A stretch of DNA of 32,000 nucleotides from Candidatus Methylomirabilis limnetica (GCF_003044035.1 NZ_NVQC01000013.1:90001-122000); one strand, 5' to 3'; shown: positions 1-8,860, numbered from the stretch's first letter. Program-made: numbers and translations. Notes: generated by a model from the sequence alone, not told the origin.

Positions 1-249
1 TGGTGCTCTGTTTGAATCGTCATGGTATCCCCCTCCCATACCCAGATCGCTTCTCGCATCGCCGGGGGCGTGAGTCAATATTCGGTCCCCTCGCCCTTAG
101 TCCAAGAGTATAGTAGAATTCATGCGAAGAGCAAGCTTGCAGTTGATCCGAGAGCCGGGGTCAGTATCGACGGCACGAACCAAAGCCATCCCGCGCTTGA
201 CACCAGCCTCAAAATACGGGTACGCTCCCCATCAAGTAGAGCCTAGTTA

Positions 250-405
250 TTACTCAGAGCATACAATAGCGTGCCTCCCCCTTTCGCAAAGGGGGGTAAG
301 GGGGGATTTTAACGATCGGTAAAACCCCCTCAATCCCCCTTTTGTAAAGGGGGAAGTTGCTGGAGATGTTGTGCAAGAGTGCAATCTAGTTAATGCTCCC
401 CGTAA
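250..405 (+). mobile_element. 156-bp MITE, copy 1 (TA target-site duplication, imperfect 13-bp TIRs, hairpin-rich core)
   Basis: A near-identical 156-bp copy lies at 6758-6913. The termini TTACTCAGAGCAT ... ATGCTCCCCGTAA are inverted repeats (10/13). TA lies on both sides (248-249, 406-407). A paralogous unoccupied site gcctagtCAtatggagcgg lies at 12805-12823. Confidence 0.75.
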
Positions 406-536
406 TATATGGAGCGGACTGCGAGGAGTTACGGTTCGTGGAAGCAGAGACGATAGAAGTAGAGCGGGTCAAAGCTACTGGTGTGTACAGCCGAGTATAC
501 CACCTGCCACATGACGACGATCAGGGAGATGTTCCA

Positions 537-845
537 ATGGCTACGATCCCAGATGGGGTGAATCAGAGTGCTCAGCGTTTCCTGGCGGCAATGCGACAGC
601 ATGTGCAGGCAGCCTACGTGTACGGCTCTCAGGTCAAGGGTACGGCTGTTGAGTGGAGCGACATCGATCTGGCGGTGGTATCGCCGGATTTTTCCGCCGA
701 TCTGTTTCAGGAGCGGCTTGCCTTAATGCGCCTCGCTGCCCAAATCGATGACCGCATTGAGCCTCATCCCTTTACACCAGAAGATTTCAACGACACCGAT
801 TCGCTTGCTAGTGAGATTCGCCGGACAGGGGTGCGGATCGCGTAA
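537..845 (+). CDS. minimal nucleotidyltransferase (MNT / Pol-beta superfamily), antitoxin-like, no HEPN partner seen
   Basis: The ORF is 393..845. The motif YVYGSQVKGTAVEWSDIDLAVV is the GS-x(n)-DxD nucleotidyltransferase signature. ATG 537 is preceded by GGGAGA (523-528). The longer start at 393 lies inside the MITE right TIR and is probably fortuitous. Confidence 0.7.
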   Translation: MATIPDGVNQSAQRFLAAMRQHVQAAYVYGSQVKGTAVEWSDIDLAVVSPDFSADLFQERLALMRLAAQIDDRIEPHPFTPEDFNDTDSLASEIRRTGVRIA

Positions 846-877
846 GCCCGTTTCAGCGACTTGAGTTCCTTAACAAA

Positions 878-1305
878 GGGGTCAGGCATGCCTTATTGCC
901 TCTTGGTGATTCCCGTCGTACGTCGTAGGATCGGGCATGGCACGAAAACCGCGAGTGTATTGTCCAGGCGCCCTGTATCATGTGATCTGCCGTGGCAATC
1001 ACGGCCCACGGATCTTGTCGGATGACGCCGACCGAGGGCGATATCTGGAGTTGCTTCAAGACACCCGACTGCGGTGTGACTGTCGCCTGTAGGCCTATGG
1101 TCTGATGGGCAATCACGTCCACCACCTGATCGAAGTCGGTCCAACCCCGTTGTCCAAAATCATGCAAAAATCTTCTATTCCGTTACACGCGGTACTGGAA
1201 CCAGCGATACCGGAAGGTGGGACATCTTTTCCAAGGCCGGCATAAAGCGATCCTATGCGAGAGGGAAAGCTATTTACTGGAGTTGGTCCGATACAGTCAT
1301 CTAAT
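878..1305 (+). mobile_element. IS-like element copy A: left TIR plus 5' part of the Y1-transposase gene, truncated and pseudogenised
   Basis: The left TIR GGGGTCAGGCATGCCTTATTG is at 878-898. ATG 937 opens MARKPRVYCPGALYHVICRGN... A TAG at 1090-1092 replaces the Tyr codon seen in the other copies. There is a 1-nt insertion near 1166-1170. Homology to copies B-D stops near 1305 (..LVRYSHL). Confidence 0.85.
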
Positions 1306-1391
1306 CAGAAAAAGGGGACAGATTTATTTTCCTCGACGCGCAGCCGTTGGAACTGGAGCCGGCCGGGATGCGATGACATTCATTGGCGTTA

Positions 1392-1739
1392 TTAACCGAG
1401 GATTATGGGAAGTGCTCGCCGAAGCGCCTGCCGATCTTCCTCTATCAATTGTCCAAGCTTTCGGAGGATCAGTTCCTTCTCAACCGTGGTAAAGATAGGC
1501 TTGATGGTCGAGGGTTTCAGCAACCCGGCCTGCTGCCAGTGTTGGATTATTACTTCGCCCACCGTGGTCGAGGGTCGGATTTGACTGGTCACGGCCAGCA
1601 GAATAAGGTCAGGACGCTCCCGATGGTAGGCTTCAGAGCTCACCACTACGGCGGGGCGCCTCTTACTGGCGGTCTGATCCGTGAAGGGGAAAGGGACCAG
1701 GACGATGTCTCCAAACTTAAAGCTTATCGTAGACGGCAT
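1392..1739 (-). CDS. PemK/MazF-family type II toxin (mRNA interferase)
   Basis: The translation FGDIVLVPFPFTDQTASKRRPAVVVSS...DLILLAVTSQ matches the MazF/PemK N-terminal signature. The gene overlaps the upstream small ORF by 23 nt. Confidence 0.8.
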   Translation of the reverse strand: MPSTISFKFGDIVLVPFPFTDQTASKRRPAVVVSSEAYHRERPDLILLAVTSQIRPSTTVGEVIIQHWQQAGLLKPSTIKPIFTTVEKELILRKLGQLIEEDRQALRRALPIILG

Positions 1740-1941
1740 CGTCCGGATTGTCCCAAACCATTTGGAAGGCCTCTTCCGACAGCTTCATGGCGGCCCGGGT
1801 GAGGCGACGGTCCTCCATGCGCAGGCGCAGGAAGTCCACGAAATCCTCCACCTCGGCCACCTTCTCCGGCGGCAGGGTGATAATCTTTTCCATGAGGTTT
1901 TTCTGAGAGTCAGACTGGACGGACATCGTTTTGCCTCCCAT
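1717..1941 (-). CDS. putative antitoxin partner of the MazF-like toxin (DUF2281-like)
   Basis: A 74-aa ORF lies immediately upstream of and overlapping the toxin gene. LPPEKVAEVEDFVDFL and the C-terminal WDNPDDAVYDKL are typical of small antitoxins paired with PemK toxins. Confidence 0.6.
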   Translation of the reverse strand: MGGKTMSVQSDSQKNLMEKIITLPPEKVAEVEDFVDFLRLRMEDRRLTRAAMKLSEEAFQMVWDNPDDAVYDKL

Positions 1942-2044
1942 GCCTCATTAGCCCTCAGTGGCGTAGAAAGATAACATCAATGATGTTTACTGAGTAGTGT
2001 ACTGGTGATAAGGCGACATGTCAAATGAAGCGTAAAGTCATAAA

Positions 2045-2176
2045 TGAGCCTGTCCTGCAAACCCCTTGTTGTGCTTAGACAGGCTCAGCAGAACGGGAAA
2101 ACGTCAATCTTCAATGCCCATACCGTTCGCCCTGAGCATGTCGAAGGGTGAACGGGGGGTTTGCAGGACAGGCTCA
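2045..2176. repeat. 132-bp MITE-like unit with perfect 21-bp inverted termini
   Basis: TGAGCCTGTCCTGCAAACCCC (2045-2065) is the exact reverse complement of 2156-2176. The interior (2114-2150) carries, in reverse orientation, the ~40-bp motif also seen at 6593-6634 and 11421-11460 (cacccttcgacNNgctcaggg[c/t]gaacgg). Confidence 0.7.
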
Positions 2177-2228
2177 AATAAGAATAAATAGAATGGGGTC
2201 AGGCATGTTAAGAATGGTAAGAAAGAAT

Positions 2229-3262
2229 GGGGTCAGGCATGCCTTATTAACCTGCGGTGATTCCCGTCGTAGGATCGAGCATGGCACGAAAACCACGAGT
2301 GTATTGTCCATGCGCCCTGTATCATGTGATCGGCCGTGGCAATCAAGGCCAACCGATCTTTTCGGATGACGCCGACCGGCGGCGATATCTGGAGTTGCTT
2401 CAAGAAACCCGACTGCGGTATGACTTTCGCCTGTATGCCTATGTTCTGATGGGCACTCACGTCCACCACCTGATCGACATCGGTCCACCCCCATTGTCCA
2501 AGATCATGCAAAATCTTCTATTCCGTTACACGCGGTACTGGAACCAGCGATATCGGAAGGTGGGACATCTTTTCCAAGGCCGGCATAAAGCGATCCTATG
2601 CGAGAAGGAACGCTATGTGCTGGAGTTGGTCCGATACATTCATCTCAATCCGGTGCGGAGCCGAATCGTCCGAGATCCGAGCCGATACGCCTGGAGCAGC
2701 CACGGGGCGGGTGTCAGGGGGAAGGGCTCCTAGGTGGATTGCAGTCGAGGAGGTTCTGCCTCGGTGGGGCAGTCGGCGGTCCGACGCGGTGGCGGCCTAT
2801 CAGCGATTTGTGCGCGAAGGGTTGAAAGAAGGACATCGGGCGGATTTGTACGAGGTGGTGGATCAGCGGTATCTGGGAGATGATGCGTTCGTGCAGGAAG
2901 TGACGGGGCGGTTAAAGAACGAGGAGCCGCCGCAAGCGGTGGCCGTGACATGGGAAGAGATATGCAAGGGGGTGTTCAAACAGTGTGGTGTGTCGGCTGG
3001 GGCCGTGATGGATCGGGGCAAGGAGCGGGGCGCGGTGCGGATCAAACGGGTGATGGCCTGGGTAGGAAGAGAGGTCGGCGGCTTGAGAACCGGGAGATGG
3101 CTCAAGCCCTGAGGCAAGACCCCGGGTCGTTGAGCCGGGGTGTCAGAAATCTGGTGGACCAGAGGGAGAAGGACCAGGACCTCGTGACGTCGGTGCAGGT
3201 CCTGTGTGAGACGATGCGAAGAGGGCGGCCTTTTAAAATGACAATAAGGCAAGCCTGACCCC
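2229..3262 (+). mobile_element. IS-like element copy B: full length (1034 bp) with both TIRs; Y1/HUH transposase + DnaA-C-like HTH gene broken by two frameshifts
   Basis: The left TIR is at 2229-2249 and the right TIR caataaggcaagcctgacccc ends at 3262 (20/21 match as an inverted repeat). The ORF pieces are 2281..2733, then a +1 frame to about 3087, then 3088..3258. The HUH motif is GTHVHHLIDI. YTRYWNQRYRKVGHLFQGRHKA and YIHLNPVRSRIV..YAWSSH are typical of IS200/RAYT-type (COG1943) proteins. The C-terminal NREMAQALRQDPGSLSRGVRNLV resembles the DnaA domain IV HTH. Confidence 0.85.
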
Positions 3263-3346
3263 TAATCCGTTCCCGCTCGGCACACCCTTCGTGAACGAAG
3301 CTTGCAGAAATGTCTAGCGATTCACGAGTAGGTCCAAGAAGGAGAA

Positions 3347-3431
3347 TGGAGCGCCGCAACGTGTGACAAGGCGAACCCTCCCCCCTTCACGTAACCATAT
3401 GATGATCGCATGCATGTTGGTGCCAAGTGGA
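3347..3431 (+). repeat. direct repeat R1 flanking a TA cassette
   Basis: About 75% identical by eye to 4300-4376. Shared blocks are tggagcgc, aaggcgaacc, ttcacg.aaccatatgatg and gccaagtgga. Confidence 0.6.
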
Positions 3432-3476
3432 AAGTGGGGTGGTGCTGGACAGGTACTGGTAAAGGATGGTACGGCT

Positions 3477-3782
3477 TCACGGGTGAGGCGTGATAGCAAC
3501 AACGATGATCTCACCCCGCTTGGTCCCGTAGTGCCAGAAGATCCGGTAGGCCGCTGGCGTCTTACTCTCTGCGTAGGTTGCAAAAACCTTTTCCCCATGC
3601 AGACCCTTCAGGCTTTTGTATTCGTGGGCATTGAGACTCGGATGGTGCATGTTGGTTTCCATGAGGCCGAGGGTTTTTCGTACCGCCTTCAGGCGTTTCT
3701 CAAGGCCTTTGTCTCGCTCAAGCGCCTCTAGTTGCTTGCCTGCGGTCGGAGTGAATGTCAGCGTGAATCGAGGCGAGTTCAC
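3477..3782 (-). CDS. RelE/ParE-superfamily type II toxin
   Basis: A 101-aa ORF. The N-terminal FTLTFTPTAGKQLEAL and the C-terminal AAYRIFWHYG...IIVVAITPHP follow the RelE/ParE pattern. It starts 3 nt after the upstream small ORF. Confidence 0.6.
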   Translation of the reverse strand: MNSPRFTLTFTPTAGKQLEALERDKGLEKRLKAVRKTLGLMETNMHHPSLNAHEYKSLKGLHGEKVFATYAESKTPAAYRIFWHYGTKRGEIIVVAITPHP

Positions 3783-3785
3783 CCG

Positions 3786-4121
3786 TTAACCGATCTCATC
3801 GTTGGCGTGCTTAGCAAAAGAGCCGATCTTACGTGCCTTACCATGTCCGGCTTCTTCCAGGCCTCGGCGCACGCTCTCAAGTGCGGCCTTGTTGTTGTAA
3901 AGCCAAGCTTCATGGAGTGGGACGGTAACTTCTGGGGAGAGCAGGATCTGGCCCGCTTTGTTGCACGCGATCTTGAAGCGTAGCCTCTCCACGTCCTCGC
4001 CTATTACGGCTTGCAGGGCTTCGATAGCCTTACTGAGGGTGATGCGCTTTTTGCTGTCCAAGGTGCCCTTTCCAACGGGTGTGAAATACTCGTCTAGCAA
4101 AGCTTCATTGGATGACATCAT
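3786..4121 (-). CDS. putative antitoxin of the RelE/ParE-like toxin
   Basis: A 111-aa ORF directly upstream in the same orientation. GKGTLDSKKRITLSKAI resembles an AbrB/SpoVT-type swapped-hairpin DNA-binding N-terminus. Confidence 0.45.
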   Translation of the reverse strand: MMSSNEALLDEYFTPVGKGTLDSKKRITLSKAIEALQAVIGEDVERLRFKIACNKAGQILLSPEVTVPLHEAWLYNNKAALESVRRGLEEAGHGKARKIGSFAKHANDEIG

Positions 4122-4299
4122 TGCGTAATCTCCTTTAGCCTCGCTCCCACCGCTCGATCAATACCTACCCTCATTTCTTATCACTATCTTGTGGGCAAGA
4201 GAAGTTTACCCACTTTCCCACGCATTGTCAAGTTTCATTCTTCTTTGCCTTACGCGGCAACTCGCTCCTCGCGAGATTCCTACCCGGGTGCCCAACCGC

Positions 4300-4376
4300 T
4301 GGAGCGCAAAGGCGAACCTTCCCCCACCCTTTCACGAAACCATATGATGCCCTCCTGCCTTTTGGCGCCAAGTGGA
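4300..4376 (+). repeat. direct repeat R2 flanking a TA cassette
   Basis: Paralogue of R1 (3347-3431) in the same orientation. It lies 44 bp upstream of IS copy C. Confidence 0.6.
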
Positions 4377-4419
4377 GTCTTAGATAGTAACCGCCTGCGT
4401 TTCATCTAGTCATGGAAAT

Positions 4420-5548
4420 GGGGTCAGGCATGCCTTATTAACTTTCGGTGATTCCCGTTGCATGCTCGATCATGGCACGAAAACCGCGAGTTTATTTTCC
4501 AGGCGCTCTTTATCATGTGATCTGCCGTGGCAATCAAGGCCAACCGATCTTTTCGGATGACGCCGACCGAGGGCGATATCTGGAGTTGCTTCAAGAGACC
4601 CGACTGCGGTATGACTTTCGCCTGTATGCCTATGTTCTGATGGGCAATCACGTCCACCACCTGATCGAAGTCGGTCCAACCTCGTTGTCCGCCTTCCTGC
4701 ACACTCTTCTCTTCCGTGACACGCGGGACTGGACCCAGCGATACCGGGATGTGGGACATCTGTTCCACGGCCGGCATCACGCAATCCTCTGCGAGAAGGA
4801 CAGCTATTACTCAGAGCATACAATAGCGTGCCTCCCCCCTTTAGCAAAGGGGGGTAAGGGGGGTTTTGAACGATCTGGAAAACCCCCTCAATCCCCCTTT
4901 GCTAAAGGGGGAAGTTGCTGGAGGTGATCCGATACAGTCATCTCAATCCGGTGCGGAGCCGAATCGTCCGAGATCCGAGCCGATACGCCTGGAGCAGCCA
5001 CGGGGCGTATGTCAGGGGGAAGGGCTCCGGGTGGATGGCGGTCGAGGACGTGCTGCCTCGGTGGGGGAGGAGGTGGGGGCCTCTCAGCGATGTGTGCGCG
5101 AAGGGGTGAAAGAAGGACATCGGGCGGATGTGTACGAGGTGGTGGATCAGCGGTATCTGGGAGATGATGCGTTCGTGCAGGACGTAACGGGGCGGTTCAC
5201 GAACGAGGAGCCGCCGCACGCGGTGGCCGTGACATGGGAAGAGATATGCAAGGGGGTGTTCAAACAGAGTGGCGTGTCGGCTGGGGCCGTGAGGGATCGG
5301 GGCAAGGAGCGGGGAGCGGTGCGGATCACACGGGTGATGGCCTGGGGAGGAAGAGAGGTCGGCGGCGTGACGAACCGGGAGATGGCTCAAGCCCTAAGGC
5401 AAGACCCCGGGTCGGTGAGCCGGGGTGTCAGAAAGCTGGTGGACGAGATGGAGAAGGACCGGGACCTCGTGAAGTTGGTGCAGGTCCTGTGTGAGACGAT
5501 GCGAAGAGGGCGGCCTTTTAAAAAGACAATAAGGCACGCCTGACCCCT
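4420..5548 (+). mobile_element. IS-like element copy C: both TIRs present; transposase gene interrupted by a MITE fragment and a 13-nt deletion
   Basis: The left TIR is at 4420-4440 and the right TIR ..aataaggcacgcctgacccc ends at 5548. ATG 4472 opens MARKPRVYFPGALYHVICRGNQGQ..GNHVHHLIEV. About 107 bp of foreign sequence sits at 4809-4915. There is a frameshift after ..VLPRWG relative to copy B. The C-terminal part (to 5543) is otherwise readable. Confidence 0.85.
4809..4915 (+). mobile_element. partial MITE (left ~2/3 of the 156-bp element) inserted in the transposase gene of copy C
   Basis: It matches MITE positions from ..actcagagcatacaatagc.. to ..aaagggggaagtt. The junctions coincide with short identities shared by the MITE and the gene (gctatt on the left, gctggag on the right). 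Confidence 0.7.
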
Positions 5549-5577
5549 ACTGACCCCTACTACTACTATGATTGGTA

Positions 5578-5937
5578 TCAGTCCCAAGTACTGAGAAATT
5601 CCACATGATTCCTCATTTCCTCTGCCGAGTTGGCGGTAATCAGCTTCAGAATATGGCGCATCTGCTCACCCACGGAGTAGCGCTGTTGCCGTACAAGGAT
5701 CATGCCTGCGTGTGATTTCCCGCACCCCATAAAGGCGGTATGCAGATAATAGAAATCTCCCACGTTGAAACTATACAAAACGCGCCCCTGGGCTGTCGCA
5801 TAATCCAGGTGCTCCTCATCCGCGCGTTCTATCATGTCCGCCTCAAGGGCGGTAATCATGTCTACGCCGCGAGCCCGCAGAGCCTGAACCAGCGCTTGTC
5901 GCATGGAGTCCTCATCGAGGTAGAGGCGAATCGTCAT
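5578..5937 (-). CDS. DUF5615-family (PIN-like / Mut7-C-like) putative toxin
   Basis: IRLYLDEDS...LRARGVDMITALEADMIERADEEHLDYATAQGRVLYSFNVGDF matches the DUF5615 pattern. It overlaps the upstream DUF433 gene by 4 nt. Confidence 0.7.
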   Translation of the reverse strand: MTIRLYLDEDSMRQALVQALRARGVDMITALEADMIERADEEHLDYATAQGRVLYSFNVGDFYYLHTAFMGCGKSHAGMILVRQQRYSVGEQMRHILKLITANSAEEMRNHVEFLSTWD

Positions 5938-6230
5938 GAAGCCTTGCGGGAGAGAAAGTGCTCCCGCTCAAGTCGCTCAGCCTCCACCTCTTCTGCGGTG
6001 ATGTTGGCTTCAACCTCTTCCCGGTTGGCGTGATAGTAAGCCAGCGCTGCGTAAACCTGAGCTAGCGTCAGGTGAGGAATCTCGGCAACAATTTCTTCTG
6101 GACTCAGGCCCAGCTTGTACCAGCCCACAATGCGTCTTACCGTGACTCCAGTTCCGGCGACCCGTGGGCGTCCCCCACGCACCTCCGGTGTCCTAATAAT
6201 GAGTGCCCCGATGTCAATTGCAGTTGCCAT
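5934..6230 (-). CDS. DUF433-family putative antitoxin (HTH)
   Basis: PEVRGGRPRVAGTGVTVRRIVGWYKLGLSPEEIVAEIPHLTLAQVYAALAYY is the canonical DUF433 core. It is paired with a DUF5615 gene, as in many genomes. Confidence 0.75.
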   Translation of the reverse strand: MATAIDIGALIIRTPEVRGGRPRVAGTGVTVRRIVGWYKLGLSPEEIVAEIPHLTLAQVYAALAYYHANREEVEANITAEEVEAERLEREHFLSRKAS

Positions 6231-6390
6231 AGTCCTTATGCCCCTCCTTCGCGGCTTCGCTGTCCGTAGTCAGGGTATCGCGCAGAGTCCGGTATCGCTC
6301 CAAGAACCCTTGCTGATCCACGGTCACCGCCCTCCAAAACGTGAGCGCCTTCATCGGACTTCTCGCTTTGACCCGTCACCCCCTGCCTTT

Positions 6391-6653
6391 CGGGGGTCCT
6401 CCGATTACGCCAGATCCCTTTCATGTACTCGGTTCGGCATGGGATTACTGTAGCAGAGCTATAGGGAAAGAACAAGGACGCTGGAGAAGGGGACCCTTAG
6501 TGGTCTGTTTCACAATTACGGTCACATATCCGTTCGTGGTGAGCAGTTCGACAGGCTCACCACAGGCTTGTCGAACCATGAACGGGGAGGCCACCCTTCG
6601 ACTGGCTCAGGGCGAACGGATTCGTGGGCATAGTTATGAAATGCGGTACTTAG
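6391..6653 (+). repeat. duplicate of the block upstream of gmd (paralogue of 11241-11480)
   Basis: Colinear, high identity by eye. This copy has an extra 23 bp (agttcgacaggctcaccacaggc). It contains the hairpin ccgttcgtgg..ccatgaacgg and the motif cccttcgactggctcagggcgaacgg. Confidence 0.85.
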
Positions 6654-6700
6654 GCATCGTCAAAGAATAACATGTACATATTCATGATCCGAAAAATGCA

Positions 6701-6745
6701 CAAACCCCCTCTTTCCCCCTTTCGAAAGGGGGATGAAGGGGGTAG
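6701..6745. repeat. solo REP-like hairpin unit
   Basis: A perfect 18-bp palindrome ccccctttcgaaaggggg lies at 6715-6732 with C-run and G-run shoulders. It belongs to the same family as the hairpins in the MITE and at 19913-19985, 21851-21897 and 23493-23605. Confidence 0.7.
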
Positions 6746-6757
6746 ATGTAAATGTTA

Positions 6758-7365
<608 letters not shown>

Positions 7366-7429
7366 TGGGAGGTTACACAATTCAGCTCGTCAGGTCTTTT
7401 GCGCTCAGTGTCGCACGGCCTGATCCTCG

Positions 7430-7669
7430 TTAGATCTGATCCAGAAGTTCGAAATAGCGGTCACGACTTATTCCTGCGGTTTTGAGGTTCGTCAAGACGT
7501 GGGTGACAGGCAGCTCGTGCGGGCTTGTTTTGATGACCACAGGGCGTTTCATTCTCGGCTTCGTCAGGATGAGATGGTCTCCCTTTTGGCGCGTAACAAC
7601 TCAGCCATCCAACTCAAAAAGCTTCACGACCTTTTGAAAAGGGAGAGGCGTAATCTTCCGGGAAGTCAT
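7430..7669 (-). pseudogene. hicA: HicA-family toxin gene with TGA replacing the conserved Trp codon
   Basis: My own translation is MTSRKITPLPFQKVVKLFELDG*VVTRQKGDHLILTKP..., an 80-codon frame. The stop (plus-strand tca at 7601-7603) falls where HicA/YcfA proteins have G-W/F before the RQKGSH motif. The gene starts 10 nt after the hicB stop. Confidence 0.65.
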
Positions 7670-7678
7670 TGGTGGGGC

Positions 7679-7945
7679 TTAGCCAATAGCAACCATTTCG
7701 GCAGAGATGGGCTGGCGAGCCATCCATTGCCCATTCTGTCGGACGAAACCCGCCTCTTCCAAGACCTCTTCCAGCGTTCCGATCGCTTCACACTCCTCGA
7801 GGAAGGCTTCCACGGCTTCCCGCAGGGCACTCTTGGCGTCTTCCATGGTCTCTCCAAAACTCGACACACTCAGGTCGAGGCAGACCCCAAGATATAGGTG
7901 GCCCTCCCGAAAGATTTCCGCCCGCACCACGATGGCCTGTTTCAT
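7679..7945 (-). CDS. hicB: HicB-family (UPF0150) antitoxin
   Basis: EGHLYLGVCLDLSVSSFGETMEDAKSALREAVEAFLEE matches the HicB N-terminal domain pattern (G-x-T-x-EEA..EA). Confidence 0.75.
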   Translation of the reverse strand: MKQAIVVRAEIFREGHLYLGVCLDLSVSSFGETMEDAKSALREAVEAFLEECEAIGTLEEVLEEAGFVRQNGQWMARQPISAEMVAIG

Positions 7946-7982
7946 CTCTCTTGACCCCCATTTTCACTCGACGATCATCGTT

Positions 7983-8156
7983 TCACGCACCGTTTCGAGT
8001 GGTACGCCACGACCCCGCAACCTCAACTTCGGCCACTTCAAGCTGAAGTGGCAACCCGTGCGCCCGATAAGTCTCGGCGCTGAGCGCAATCGCCTCGTGG
8101 ATGTGTGCTAAGGCCTCCTCGCGGGTACGTCCATATTCCCTCCCCCAAATATACAG
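7983..8156 (-). pseudogene. remnant of a second HicB-like antitoxin gene
   Basis: My own translation is ..GREYGRTREEALAHIHEAIALSAETYRAHGLPLQLEV.., which shows the G-R-T-x-EEA..EAI HicB motif. There is no start codon and a TGA lies immediately upstream in frame. Confidence 0.4.
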
Positions 8157-8264
8157 TCACCCTACCACAGTCGGAGCGCGCTCACAACCACGTGTCCGAC
8201 CGTCCACACAGCAGCACGCGGGTGTTGGGCCGGATCGTGGAGATGAGGTCAGGGTCAGAGGTCA

Positions 8265-8812
8265 GGGTCAGGCATGCCTTATTGCCTCTTGGTGATTCCC
8301 GTCGTACGTCGCATGATCGGGCATGGCACGAAAACCGCGAGCGTATTGTCCAGGCGCGCTTTATCATGTGATCTGCCGGGGCAATCAAGGCCAACGAAGC
8401 GTTTCGGATGACGCCGACCGAGGGCGATATCTGGAGTTGCTTCAAGAAACCCGACTGCGGTTTGACTTTCGCCTGTATGCCTATGTTCTGATGGGCAATC
8501 ACGTCCACCACCTGATCGAAGTCGGTCCAATCCCGTTGTTCAAAATCATGCAAAATCTTCTCTTCCGTTACACGCGGTGCTGGAACCAGCGATACCGGAA
8601 GATGGGACATCTTTTCCAAGGTCGGCACAAAGCGATCCTATGCGAGAAGGAAAGCTATTTGCTGGAGTTGGTCCGATACATTCATCTCAATCCGGTGCGG
8701 ACCCGACTCGTCCGAGATCCGAGCCGATACGCCTGGAGTAGCCACGGGACTTATGTCCGAGGGAATGGCTCTGGATGGATTCGAGGTCGAGGACGTTCTG
8801 CCTCGGTGGGGG
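8265..8812 (+). mobile_element. IS-like element copy D: left TIR plus 5' half of the transposase gene, fused to the gmd 3' end
   Basis: The left TIR (one G short) starts at 8265. ATG 8323 opens MARKPRAYCPGALYHVICRGNQGQ..GNHVHHLIEV..YIHLNPVRTRLV, and the Y1 domain is uninterrupted. Homology to copies B and C stops at ..cctcggtggggg (about 8812), where gmd sequence begins. Confidence 0.85.
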
Positions 8813-8860
8813 AAGCGGTGCCTTACCGATAGTCGGCTGGCGTGGCTCAGAAGGCCGTGA
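8809..8860 (+). pseudogene. gmd: gmd 3'-terminal ~50-bp fragment
   Basis: ggggaagcggtgccttaccgatagtcggctggcgtggctcagaaggccgtga matches 12652-12703. The junction with IS copy D lies in a shared GGGG run. Confidence 0.8.

Noticed and set aside
393-536. Long N-terminal extension of the nucleotidyltransferase (track start 393)
   Set aside because: The ATG lies inside the MITE right TIR. ATG 537 has an RBS-like GGGAGA and yields a typical ~100-aa MNT.
2281-3258. Programmed frameshifting in transposase copy B (+1, then -1 returning to the original frame)
   Set aside because: The two indels are defined relative to copies C and D, which read straight through at those points. There are no slippery-site features. 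The other copies carry unrelated lesions, so this is ordinary decay.
4866-5543. 225-aa ORF as an intact gene
   Set aside because: Its first ~40 residues are translated REP/MITE hairpins and out-of-frame transposase sequence. Only the C-terminal two-thirds is the genuine HTH half of the decayed transposase.
7601-7603. Selenocysteine or recoded TGA in hicA
   Set aside because: No SECIS-like context is evident, and the position is a conserved aromatic residue in the family. A nonsense mutation is the simpler explanation.
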